A stretch of 64,000 bases of DNA from Octopus vulgaris (taxonomy: Eukaryota): positions 84,506,001-84,570,000 of the forward strand of contig OX597825.1 of assembly GCA_951406725.2 (NCBI GenBank). Reading direction: 5' to 3'. A model generated the notes under the pieces. It ran no database searches. It was not told where the DNA came from and saw only the letters and a list, made by a program, of their open reading frames with translations. Below, piece after piece: positions 1-11,545 of this stretch; the stretch's first letter is position 1, and each line of letters starts with the position of its first letter. The position numbers and the translations under genes are program-made.

Positions 1-42
<42 letters not shown>

Positions 43-50
43 TAATAATA
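1..50. repeat. (TAA)n microsatellite
   Basis: taataataat... running from the window start. Confidence 0.98.
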
Positions 51-643
51 ATTTCTTTCATCTTGATCTACTTTTTTTGGCTCCTTTACTTACCTAGACC
101 CCACTTAACCTCACATGTCCATCAACGATTCAATTCTAGCGAACATGTGTACGTCTAAGCTGTTATTATGTGAGAATTTGAAGAGCACTTCAAAGAGCGG
201 AAGAAGAGGGATAGAGATAGATAGGTAGAGAGAGAGAGCGACACAGAGAAGGAGGGACAGAGCGACACAGAGAGGGAGTTGGCGATGGATAGAGAGATGA
301 AAGAGGGAATTTGTGTCAATCCTTTGCTAATTGATCGGGAGAGTAATGTCAACAAACTCGATATCGTTGGTAGAAGTATGAATGGAGCCGGTGGTTAGTT
401 ATTGATAGATAAGTGGATACCATACTGCAGCGTAAGATATACTGCACCTAAGTCTCTACATACACACACACGCGCACACACACGTACGCAGGCACACACA
501 TACACACACAATCACTCGCACGCACACACTTGCACGTATTTACACTCGCACGTACATTTATATATACATATTGTGTAGTGTGGTCGATGTTATCGACAAA
601 CCCCTCCACCAAATCTCAGATCCTGTGCCTATAACAGAAAGGC

Positions 644-908
644 TTGGGGCGCTGGGATATGTAATACAATGCCTAAATACCAATCTTGGGAAATATTGGC
701 TTCTCAGAAACAGAAAGGAGAAAGCAAATTTGAAGACCACGGATCTAATCTATCACTGGAACTGTAAAATGCCTTAAACTCTTCCAGAAGTTTATCATTT
801 AAATATATATATGAGCAGATCTAGATATGCAAATATATGCATGAGAATACATATATAAAACAAAACATACAAAACTTTACACATACATACATACATACAT
901 ACATACAC
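644..908 (+). mobile_element. 3' end of R4/Dong-clade non-LTR retrotransposon (family 1) with (TACA)n tail
   Basis: Reads LGALGYVIQCLNTNLG, frameshifted. Colinear with the reverse complement of 17424-17650, including the 3' UTR. Ends in (ACAT)n. Confidence 0.85.
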
Positions 909-920
909 ATATATATATCG

Positions 921-1110
921 CCATGATAGATCACTAGCCACTACACATTCTTTATTTTCTCTCCCTGTTTTTTCCTGTGTTCCTTTATGTGGAAGAGCGT
1001 AGGCTCGAAACGTTAAAGTTTTTTTCACTTCCCGGGCGTTAAACTAATACACCTGTTTGTTGTCTACACCACCTGTTTTCGTCTTTTGTTGTTTTGTGAA
1101 ATCTCCCTAC
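921..1110 (+). mobile_element. Penelope-like/retrozyme-like short repeat (family P1) with hammerhead-like motif
   Basis: Homologous to 37310-37556 and 59320-59490. Contains cttt-ATGTGGA-A-GAGC-gtag-GCTC-GAAACGTT-aaag at 983-1018. Flanked by (TA)n. Confidence 0.7.
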
Positions 1111-1123
1111 ACCCCCACCCCCC

Positions 1124-1156
<33 letters not shown>

Positions 1157-1537
1157 CATATATATATACACACACACACACACGCACAGCTATAAAACTT
1201 GTCATTTTAAAAATTTAATAGCCGAATTGCTTACGCACAATGCGAACACATTTCTTTAAAACGTTTCCATGACGTCCTTCCATTTCTTTTCTTAAGAACA
1301 TTTTTAATACAATCTAGCCACATTCAGATGGCTGGTCCCGCTTATATTACAGAGCAGTTACTGTTTATACCTCGCTTAGAGATTTATTTTTAATACGTTG
1401 TATATCTAATAATTATTCAAATATTGTGACAGAATCAAGAATCTTTTGCAAAACCATACATACTTACGTACACACACACATAACTTCAAACGTACACACA
1501 TTCAGACATATATATAGATATATGTGTATGTGTGTGC

Positions 1538-1575
<38 letters not shown>

Positions 1576-1584
1576 CTATATACA

Positions 1585-1691
1585 TAGTAATACTAATAAA
1601 AAGGGTTCAGCAAAGAATTGCCGCACCACACACCGAAGTTCAGAAATAGCAGCTCAAAATCTTAGCCATTTCTTCTACTTTAAAAAGGGTG

Positions 1692-1693
<2 letters not shown>
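1585..1693. mobile_element. Short unclassified interspersed repeat embedded in (TA)n
   Basis: gttcagcaaag...ccacacaccgaagttcagaaatagcagc...ttagccatttcttctact recurs at 33587-33695. Confidence 0.75.
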
Positions 1694-1752
<59 letters not shown>

Positions 1753-1812
1753 TATATTCATATATATTTATATATACATGCATGTATATACATATATATT
1801 TATATACTTATA

Positions 1813-1856
<44 letters not shown>

Positions 1857-1879
1857 TATACATATATACATACATGTAT

Positions 1880-1939
<60 letters not shown>

Positions 1940-1940
1940 T
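1694..1940. repeat. Compound (TA)n/(TACA)n microsatellite
   Basis: Directly visible. Confidence 0.95.
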
Positions 1941-2543
1941 GTGTGCGCGTGTGTAAAATGAACGATATTGCATAGTATTTCAAATGTACTGACGTTGAAG
2001 ATGATTTAAGTTTCTTGAACGAAGCAAAATGGCTCCCCATTTCAAATGAATGCACACAAATTTGTGTTTGTATATATACCTGCACGCCCCCTAACAGATG
2101 TATATATGTGTGTGTCTGTGTGTTTGTACGTGTGTGTGGGTGCGTGTATGTTTCTATGAATCCATGTTAATCTTTTAATAACATATATACCTACATATAT
2201 AAGGGTGTGAATACAACTGTTCATAGAAAGATGTCTGACACTTGATAAATTCTGTCGAATTCCTCTCCTCACACATCCGTTCCATTTCAATTTAATTGTC
2301 TGAAAATAAGTTCCCAGAATTAATGAATCTAGGCCAGAATCATCTTGCGTTTTTTTGTTTTTTTTTTGCATCATCGAATCACTTAAAACGTACTAATTGT
2401 TTCTTTTTTTGGTGTTATTATTTACCGAATCTATGATAATGTCTGATTCTCGAAGAGGCTGTCAATTGGAGAAAATATATTAATCTAATGTTTATGAGCA
2501 ATTATTTTCAAGCAGACACCTGCTGCCGATATTGATATCCACA

Positions 2544-2875
<332 letters not shown>

Positions 2876-3341
2876 TAAGAATTAAATGTGAATTGGAAAA
2901 CATAGAACAGATATAGGAATTGTTCCTTAGACTAATTATATACAGGGTTATTTAGGTACACACATACTTGCACACACTCCCCCCCCATAGGTACACACAC
3001 AATTACACGAATTTTGATACAAGATAAAATGAACAGACTTTACACCAAATTACTACAATTGTTTCTGTGCATTACTATCAACTGGTAATTGCTATGTGGA
3101 TCACATATTATACATGTTACTGCATTAATATGATCGGACGACAGGTGTGTACCTGCACATCGTCATGAGACTGTGTTGGAGAGTACTGTTGGATGCCCTA
3201 CAGTTTCTCATTGTTTTATAACCGGGTTCAGTTTTTAGCATTCCAACATGGAAATACAAAGCAATTCAAATGATAAAAATATACGAAAGATATATTATTG
3301 AGAGTAAGAAAAAAATCAGAAGTATAAAATATAAAATAAAT

Positions 3342-3521
3342 AGGTATGGCTGTGTGGCAAGAAGCTTGCTTCGCAACCACAGGGTGGCGGGTGCAGTCCC
3401 ACTGTACGGACCTGTGAGCAAGAGTCATCTACTATAGCCTCGGACCGATAGAATTCTTGTGAGTGGATTTGGTAGACGGAAACTGAAAGAAGCCCGTCGT
3501 TTATATATATATATATCTATA

Positions 3522-3615
<94 letters not shown>

Positions 3616-3629
3616 CGTGTGTGTGTGCT

Positions 3630-3679
<50 letters not shown>

Positions 3680-3880
3680 TATGTCTCTGTTGGGTCACGC
3701 CACTATAGCTTGACAATCGATGTTGGTGTGGTCCGTCACCGTAACTTCGCGGTTCGGCAAAATACCCCGATAGAATAAGTACTAGGTTTACGAAGAATAA
3801 GTCGATTTGTCCGACTAAAAGGAGGTGCTGCACCATGGCCGCTGGCAAAATTACCGAAACAAGTAGCAGAACAAAAGAAA
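3342..3880 (+). mobile_element. tRNA-derived SINE, family B (CORE-like segment, internal (TA)n/(TG)n microsatellite)
   Basis: A-box-like tggctgtgtgg, B-box-like gggtgcagtccc, body gtgagtggatttggtagacggaaactgaaagaagcccgtcg, internal microsatellite, 3' end catggccgc...gaaacaagta. At least 6 further copies in the window. Confidence 0.9.
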
Positions 3881-3991
3881 GCTCCTTTCTCAGTTGATTC
3901 TTGAGCGTAGGCGTCTCGACGTTAATAAAAATAGATGAACATGATTATAATGTCGCAAATATACGAGGTCTGACGAATAAATATGTGGACT

Positions 3992-4005
3992 GTTGCTATA
4001 GTGAC
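3992..4005 (-). promoter_or_regulatory. RFX X-box match inside mariner subterminal region
   Basis: Reverse complement GTCACTATAGCAAC fits GTHNYYATRRNAAC. The mirror site GTTACTATGGAAAC at 4801-4814 also fits. Function untested. Confidence 0.4.
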
Positions 4006-4231
4006 GAAGCTAAAGCACGCTGCGTACAGCCGCTTGGCACAGATTGACCTTGACACATGTGCATATGTCTTAACGTCCTAGTACACATTCGCTGTCTACA
4101 GCGGTGCTTGGAAGGAATATGTGTAGCGTGTGATCGTCGCATTGACAATGACAAGGAACGTTGAGCAGAAAATCTGCATCAAATTTTACCAAAAGCTTGG
4201 TGATACCTGCTCAGAGACCGACACAGTGTTT

Positions 4232-4684
4232 TCAAAAACTTCTCATCGTTCTCGAAACAATCAAGGTGATCTTGTGTAACTGAAACCCAAGTGTCTTCTC
4301 GGTCAGCTGAAAGTTTTTTGGGCACAAACTTGGCAGACAGATGCCTCTCATACCAAAATCTTCAGGGATAATAGACTGAACGGAACTGTAACTAATCTGC
4401 ACATCCTCTGATAACTTACGGATGCTGATTCGACGATTTCCCTTCACATCTGCACATACATTTGCGATGCTTTTCTCAGTTCTGTTGGTTGCAGATCTCG
4501 TAGAACGTTCGTCAATATAATCATATTTTCGGCCATCTTGGAAACGTCTGAATCCCTCGTACACTTGTGTACGACTCATACACTCCTTCTCTATACACTT
4601 TCTGCAACTTTGCGCATGCTTCTGGGCAGGTATCGCCATGACAACTTTATCTGTCATTGTCAATGCGATAATTACACGTTGCAT
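4232..4684 (-). pseudogene. Mariner transposase N-terminal fragment (DNA-binding HTH region), defective
   Basis: MSRTQVYEGFRRFQDGR...DERSTRSATNRTEKSIANV...NRRISIRKLSEDVQISYSSVQSIIPEDFGMR matches the mariner pattern SRTQVYEWF.RF..GR..DD.RSGRP...DRR.TIR.LA....IS..SV..IL..DLGM. No DD34D catalytic domain. Confidence 0.9.
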
Positions 4685-5169
4685 AAGTTACTTCAAAGAA
4701 CTGCTGTAAACAGTGGAAGTACGCTAGAACTTGTGACCATGCACAACATAGTTCAAGGTCAATCTATTTTAAGCGCCTTCACTCTGCGTGCTTTAACTTC
4801 GTTACTATGGAAACTTACTGACCAAACCTCATATAGACTGGAAGAACCGCTTGCGTCTGTTAGACACTTAGTATGTGTGACCCGAGGTTTCATTTCAAAT
4901 GTTTACAACTCTATATATTTATAGATGGAGCCTGGAAGACTCTTTCTAAGATTGTGCAACGTTGATTTTTGCGAATAATCAAAAGTTTGACGTGAAGGTC
5001 TTATGGCGAAAAGCCTATTAACATCGCGGCAGCAGTCTTCTACAAATTCACTCAGAGTTATTATAACGGAACGATATAATGAATAATTTCTATCCCCTTC
5101 CCTTCCCTCATTGCCTCTCCTTTCCCCTCTTTATCTACCCATCCATCCACTCATTTATCCATCCCACCA

Positions 5170-5271
5170 TCTATGTATGTATCTACCTATCTACCTATCT
5201 ACATATCTACTTACCTACCTATCTACATACCTACCTACATATGTACCTACCTACCCAACTGACTGTCTGTA

Positions 5272-5305
<34 letters not shown>

Positions 5306-5345
5306 CCTATCTACTTATCTATCTATCTGTCTATATGTCTATTTG
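5170..5345. repeat. (TATC)n/(TACC)n microsatellite
   Basis: Directly visible. Confidence 0.95.
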
Positions 5346-6344
5346 TCTTTTTTAGATACACTTCGTACTCCCACACACCAACACCGATTAGTTTACTTTA
5401 GAATTTACTTAACGCACGAAGGAAATTGCTCTTTTCTCCTCCATCCCCGTCAGCGCTGTAAACTTAATACCAGTAATATGTTACCATCTTACTCCTGGAC
5501 AGGACATCTTTACAAGAATGGAGCTATTGTTTAATCAAAAGGAAACTACACTTAAGTAGATTAAAACACAGCATCGCCATATCGCTGCACGAGGCCGCCC
5601 TCTTCCCTGCCCATCTCTCACCCTCTCTTTCTCTCTCTCTGCCTCTCCCTCTCTCTTTCTCGCTATTGTCTCCCCAATATGTTTATAGGAAACTTCATAA
5701 TATAAATAATGAATGCGATATTTTTAGACGAATCAAAGAAATGTTAGATTATTTGTCTACTCGTTTTACAATCAATCGATTTGATCTTTGTTCTGGAACT
5801 AAGCAATAACAGCAGTAATAGACACAAACAATAGAGAACAACAACAACAACAAGAATAACTACTACTACTACTAGCGTTGCTACTGCTGCTGCTGCTGCT
5901 ACTACTGCTGCAAGAAAAGACAAAAGAGAAACGATTCGTTCTATATATAGAAACAAAAATTAGATAATGGAACAGGAATCCTTGATACTATTAGATGAGA
6001 ATTCTAAAAATACATATTTCTTTAAGAAATTATGGTACACTGATGATGATGTCAATGATGATGATTAGGATGACAATAAAGCTGATAATAATGAGGTTGA
6101 TGTCGGCAAAGTAAATATAAATAATAACAGTGGTCATGAGTATGATGACTACAATGATGATGATGACGACGATGATGATCATGATGGCGATCATGGTATG
6201 TGTAAGAAAGAACTGATAATTACTCCAAGAGAAGACATACGCTCAAGAGAAAATGGTTTTCTCTGTCTTTGAATTAAAAGACGAGCTTTTATAGACGTGT
6301 GAAATAAAACTGCGTGGCGTTAATGCCTCTTCTGAGATTATTGA

Positions 6345-6545
6345 TTTCAAATTTTAGTACAAGGCCAGCACGTTCGTTCGTGGGGTTAAATCTATTATAT
6401 CATCCCCAATGTTCAACTGGTACTTGCTTTATTGACCATGAAAAAATGAAAGGTAAACCGATCTCAGTGAATTTGAACTGAGAACGTAAAGATGAAGACC
6501 GACCATTTTGTCAGCCATGCTGACGATTCCGCCATCTCATCGCCT
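6345..6545 (-). mobile_element. tRNA-derived SINE, family A, diverged
   Basis: Reverse complement aligns with 38831-39057 (caactggtactt..., aatttgaactgagaacgtaa, ctgacgattccgcca). Confidence 0.75.
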
Positions 6546-7204
6546 GCGATTATTAGAGAGCTTAAAGAGTTTTGTATGTGAGAAACCAGTTAAGCATCAG
6601 CTGACATTTTGTAATACGGTAACCTTTTGAATTAGAAGAAATATATCATAGACACACACACACAGCAACGTGCGTGCACATACACCCACGTGCACACACA
6701 CACACTCGCTTACACTCGCGCGTACATCGAACAGTTGTGAGTGGCATTGATGCCTTTTATTGTTCTTGAAGTATGTAAATAAAACAAGCTTAGTCGCAGA
6801 TCGAACATAGTTCATCAACAGATTTTGCACTACAAACTAATAATTCCAAATATTAATTTTTAATACTGCGACAAGCCAGATATGTCTGAAGGCAACAAAG
6901 AGTCCATCAAATTAACATCAGAATTTTACTCGTATTTTAGATCTTCGGACGTTGAAGAATGAAAGCCAAAGACTACAGCAGTAGGGTTTGAACACTGTTG
7001 TGCCAATCCATTTAATGGTCTATTAATTAAGTCCTAAATATAGAGTTATTTGTAGAGGCGAGAACGCGATGCCCATGGCCTTGTCAGAGGCATATGTGGA
7101 ACTGGCTTAATGCGGAATAGTAATGTATTTATGTATTGCTAGACATAAGTATTTGACCTACTTTACGACAGACTGTGTGTGTCCATCTAGCTATTTATCT
7201 CCAC

Positions 7205-7218
7205 TCTCTATCTGTCTG

Positions 7219-7281
<63 letters not shown>

Positions 7282-7365
7282 CTATACACACACACACATA
7301 CAAACACACACACACATACAAACACACACACACATACAAACACACACACACACACACATATATAC
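7205..7365. repeat. (TATC)n followed by a CA-based minisatellite (acacacacacacatacaa-type units)
   Basis: Directly visible. Confidence 0.9.
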
Positions 7366-8252
7366 ATATATAAATACCTTTATATATGCGTGTGTGTATG
7401 TATATAAAATCGGACTACATAAATGTCTGTGTGTCTGCTCTTCTGCTTTATATTGCTATGGACCTCTACACAAGAAACCATGCTCTATAACAATTATTTT
7501 CCTTTTCCATTCACATAAAGATCTAAGTAAGATGTCCTCATAAATATATTGTTCGAAATATTTCTGATCTTGCATCTTTCATCTGTTCCATTTTACGACC
7601 AAGCTTTTTCAAAATAGCCAAGTTTGTGTATTATATTCGGCTTCATTTGTATCATATATACACATGATACGCTGTCATTGATACAAGGCAAACAGCTGTG
7701 GAGTGTCAGAGCGGATAGAATGTCCGGTTGCCAAGCATTCTCTTTTTGCGGCCGTTAATGTTCTATGTTCAAGCTCCATGTCGCTCGAGTTTATATTCAC
7801 AGAGCTTTCAGGGTTCCGCAATGAAGTAGATCTAATAAATATTTTACATGCCCTAATGGCTGTGATATTCTGTGCATGTCAAATGTCAATATTTCTTCTG
7901 ACCTCAGCCTGCACTTTTATGTCCAGACTAAATATAGTATGTAAGTATATATTTCTGTATTGATCATGCTAAAGTGTGTGTGTGTGTGTGTATGTGTGTG
8001 TGTGTGTGTGTTTGTATGTGTGAGTGTGCGTAAGTGTGCACATTATTGCATATACATACGCGTACGTATATGTCCATAAAAGTTTTCTGTATAAACGCAT
8101 TCGCTATCGAATAAAAAGTTTGATTCATGCACGCGCATACATACATCTGTATATACACATACCTAGTGCATACATACAGACACACACATTATATATATCT
8201 GTGTATATATATATATTGAATTTTTCCCTCATATTATATATATATACACAAA

Positions 8253-8284
<32 letters not shown>

Positions 8285-8309
8285 CAAATATATCTATATC
8301 TATATATAC

Positions 8310-8368
<59 letters not shown>

Positions 8369-8398
8369 ATATATATATATATATACATATATATACAC

Positions 8399-8454
<56 letters not shown>

Positions 8455-9008
8455 AACACAAGCACGCCTTCTCATTGATATTTCGAGAAACATAATCATA
8501 AAACAGCATGAAAAACAACATCAAAAACAATGCTAGTAAAATAAAATTACATCAAACTTTCCAAACTCACCTGATTGACGGAATCCAGAGAGAGATGACA
8601 TGAAATAGAAAAAAAGAGAGAAAAACGCATTAAGTTAAATAATAATAAAGATATAAAATTAATAGTAATATTCAAATTTTATTACATCCTCCTTCACGTA
8701 AAAGCAGAAAAATAAATCAACTACGAATTCTTTTGTACTTCTTATTTCAACAAAAAACAAACAATTTGATAGTAAATTCTGCAGGAATTAATAACTTTCA
8801 AGTTCATTAGATCGATATTAGATCTATACTTTATTGCAAGCCAAGCTACCCTTTAATTTGATTAAACGTTGTCTGTAAAATATGGTGGAAACATTTACTT
8901 GTACACCTTCCATTTATATTTTTGCGTAGAATTTTGTTACAGGGCATTAGATGTTGGCATCAAAGAGTTAAATAGAGTATCACTCACATAAACAGGATCC
9001 TGTGTATT

Positions 9009-9009
9009 A

Positions 9010-9101
<92 letters not shown>

Positions 9102-9121
9102 CATCATCATCATCATCATCA

Positions 9122-9195
<74 letters not shown>
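9009..9195. repeat. (TTA)n tract, the tail or target of the adjacent Dong-like element
   Basis: About 60 triplets with a (TCA)n interruption, abutting the element 3' end. Confidence 0.95.
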
Positions 9196-9517
9196 GCCTT
9201 TGCACAGCTTCTAACGTTGGAGATGTACCACGGTGTCAGTTGTTCACTACCATTGAACTACTGTAACACCTCTTAATTTTTAAGCACCTTCCGGAGTATT
9301 CGAGCGGTTAGAAGCAGTGCTATTTTCTGAAAGTGCATGACCGTTATTGCAGCCCCTATTTGCCCCATGTACTACTCAATATTTTTACTCACAGTTCCCA
9401 GGGTTCCGACAATTATTTGTACTACTGCTACCTTTTTCATCGACCACAACTACTTAACTTCCCAAGCTAACCTGTCATGTCTCTCAGCTTTTCCTTCTTC
9501 ATTATTGCATACCTTGT

Positions 9518-9518
<1 letters not shown>
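9196..9518 (-). mobile_element. 3' end of R4/Dong-clade retrotransposon (family 2) with (TAA)n tail
   Basis: Minus strand reads ...[66 protein letters not shown]. This is the typical C-terminus after the restriction-like endonuclease (VVPIIVGALG...LQK.ALLGTARILRKVL). Short 3' UTR, then (TAA)n. Confidence 0.88.
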
Positions 9519-9602
<84 letters not shown>

Positions 9603-9611
9603 TGATTGATT

Positions 9612-9666
<55 letters not shown>

Positions 9667-9683
9667 TGACAGATAGATAGATC

Positions 9684-9745
<62 letters not shown>
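9519..9745. repeat. (TA)n then (GATA)n microsatellite
   Basis: Directly visible. Confidence 0.97.
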
Positions 9746-9942
9746 AGATAAAGTGATAGAGAGGTAGATAGAAACAAGAGGTGTAGAAAATGACTTAGCG
9801 ATGTGTTACAGAAAGTACTTTAATCACACTTGTATTAGGCCGGATGCAAAATGTTGTACAGTGCTCATGCGCAAATATGTTTATATTATGCGTGTATTAG
9901 TGCAAGGGATATTTATATGAACATGTCAAATGTGAAACCGTT

Positions 9943-10170
9943 AGGAAAGAGCTGGCAGAAACTTTAGCACGGCGGGCGAAATGCTTAGCGGTAATTCGTC
10001 TGTCTTTACATTCTGGGTTCAAATTCCACCGAGTTCGACTTTGCCTTTAATCCTTTCGGGGTCGATAAATTCCAGTTACACACTAGGGTCAATGTAATCG
10101 ACATAATCCCATTGTCTGTCCTTGTTTGTCACCTCTATGTTTAGCCCCCTGTGGGCAATAAAGAAATAAA
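9943..10170 (+). mobile_element. tRNA-derived SINE, family A, near full length
   Basis: gagctggcagaa (A-box-like), gggttcaaattcc (B-box), gactttgcctttaatcctttcggggtcgataaa, 3' gccccctgtgggcaataaagaaa. Matches 38831-39057. Confidence 0.9.
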
Positions 10171-10800
10171 TATTTAGGATTACTTCCATAAACGAATCAG
10201 TTGATTGTCAGAGAGCAACAGAATGATTAGAAAAAAAGCTATTAAAACGAGCAAACCATATATAAAGTTTCATATATATGACAAATGCAAAGTAATTCGC
10301 TATAAATGAATACATCATCAAAATCTTCATAAGCACAAGATTTTCTTTACGCCAAATGATAATGAAACTCTTATAATATCCTACAAAAACACCAAAATTT
10401 AAACACGTCATATAAATAACAAACCACAGAAATTATGACTGAATGCGTCAATAATGAACAGCGTGGTTTATCCATTTGATTGCAGACACAAAAAAGAATA
10501 CCCTGAAGAGTGTAAAATTCACGACTGCAGTTGTTATATTAGACCGGCAAAAAGTACGATATTATTCTGCTTGGATATCAGACACAACAGGGAGGAATTA
10601 AGATGTATTATGGCAACATAGCACAAGAAATTATGCAGGGAAATATTTTTAACAAACATACCTCTATCCTAAAGACATCTTCAAAAAATAGACAATTGTG
10701 TGAATGTATGAATATATGTTAGTATGTACACATGTACGCTTAGATAAATGCTTCATGAATGTGAGCAAGAAGCTATGCTTGCATCTATGAATGTATATGC

Positions 10801-10834
<34 letters not shown>

Positions 10835-10840
<6 letters not shown>

Positions 10841-11345
10841 ACAAAAAATGGAAAAAGTACGTAACAGGCAAACAACATAACATTCGGAGAGTTAGACAAT
10901 ACAAAAAAGGACAGGAAAAAATAAGGACGGGTCATTCCGAGTTTTAAATCTTCAGTCAAGTACCAGATCATTTTTGCAATTTCGGCCGGATACTCTCGAG
11001 ACTGCTCTAATCTGGCCGGCCCCAAGAAAATCTAAACTAAGAGGACTAGATTCTTTGGAAGAAAGCAAGCGAATGTATATGCAAACAAGGACGAAAAGAA
11101 AGGAGAAATGGTACACAATTACAAATACAAACAACAGGTACTTGAAAAGATATACGCCAGGTAGGGTTGGATAAACCTGTGATTCCGACATATGGTTGCT
11201 AAGGATCAAACAGAATATCCCGGTTGAATACTCGGAGAAAATCAACCCTATGAGTACTTAACACCTATGGACTCATCCAAAGCACAGGTTACGCAAAGGC
11301 GTAGGAAACAGGTGTAATGGGCTGACAATTATCCCTCGTCTGTTA
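10835..11345. mobile_element. Unclassified interspersed element inserted in (TA)n
   Basis: About 500 bp of complex sequence sharply bounded by (TA)n on both sides, with strong A-rich strand asymmetry like the P-family repeats. Single copy in this window. Confidence 0.45.
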
Positions 11346-11348
11346 TTA

Positions 11349-11417
<69 letters not shown>

Positions 11418-11500
11418 CATATATAATGCAATAATAATATATATGTATATAACTATTCTAATTTGTCTATCTAACTAAATTTCTGCCTGTCACCCTCACC

Positions 11501-11545
<45 letters not shown>

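Larger units (their letters stand above)
3964..4831. mobile_element. Mariner (Tc1/mariner) derivative built from two inverted 5' halves, TA target duplication
   Basis: TA|cgaggtctg ... caaacctca|TA. Arms of about 250 bp are inverted homologues. The + arm encodes MTRNVEQKICIKFYQKLGDTCSET; the - arm encodes the mariner HTH region. Confidence 0.9.
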
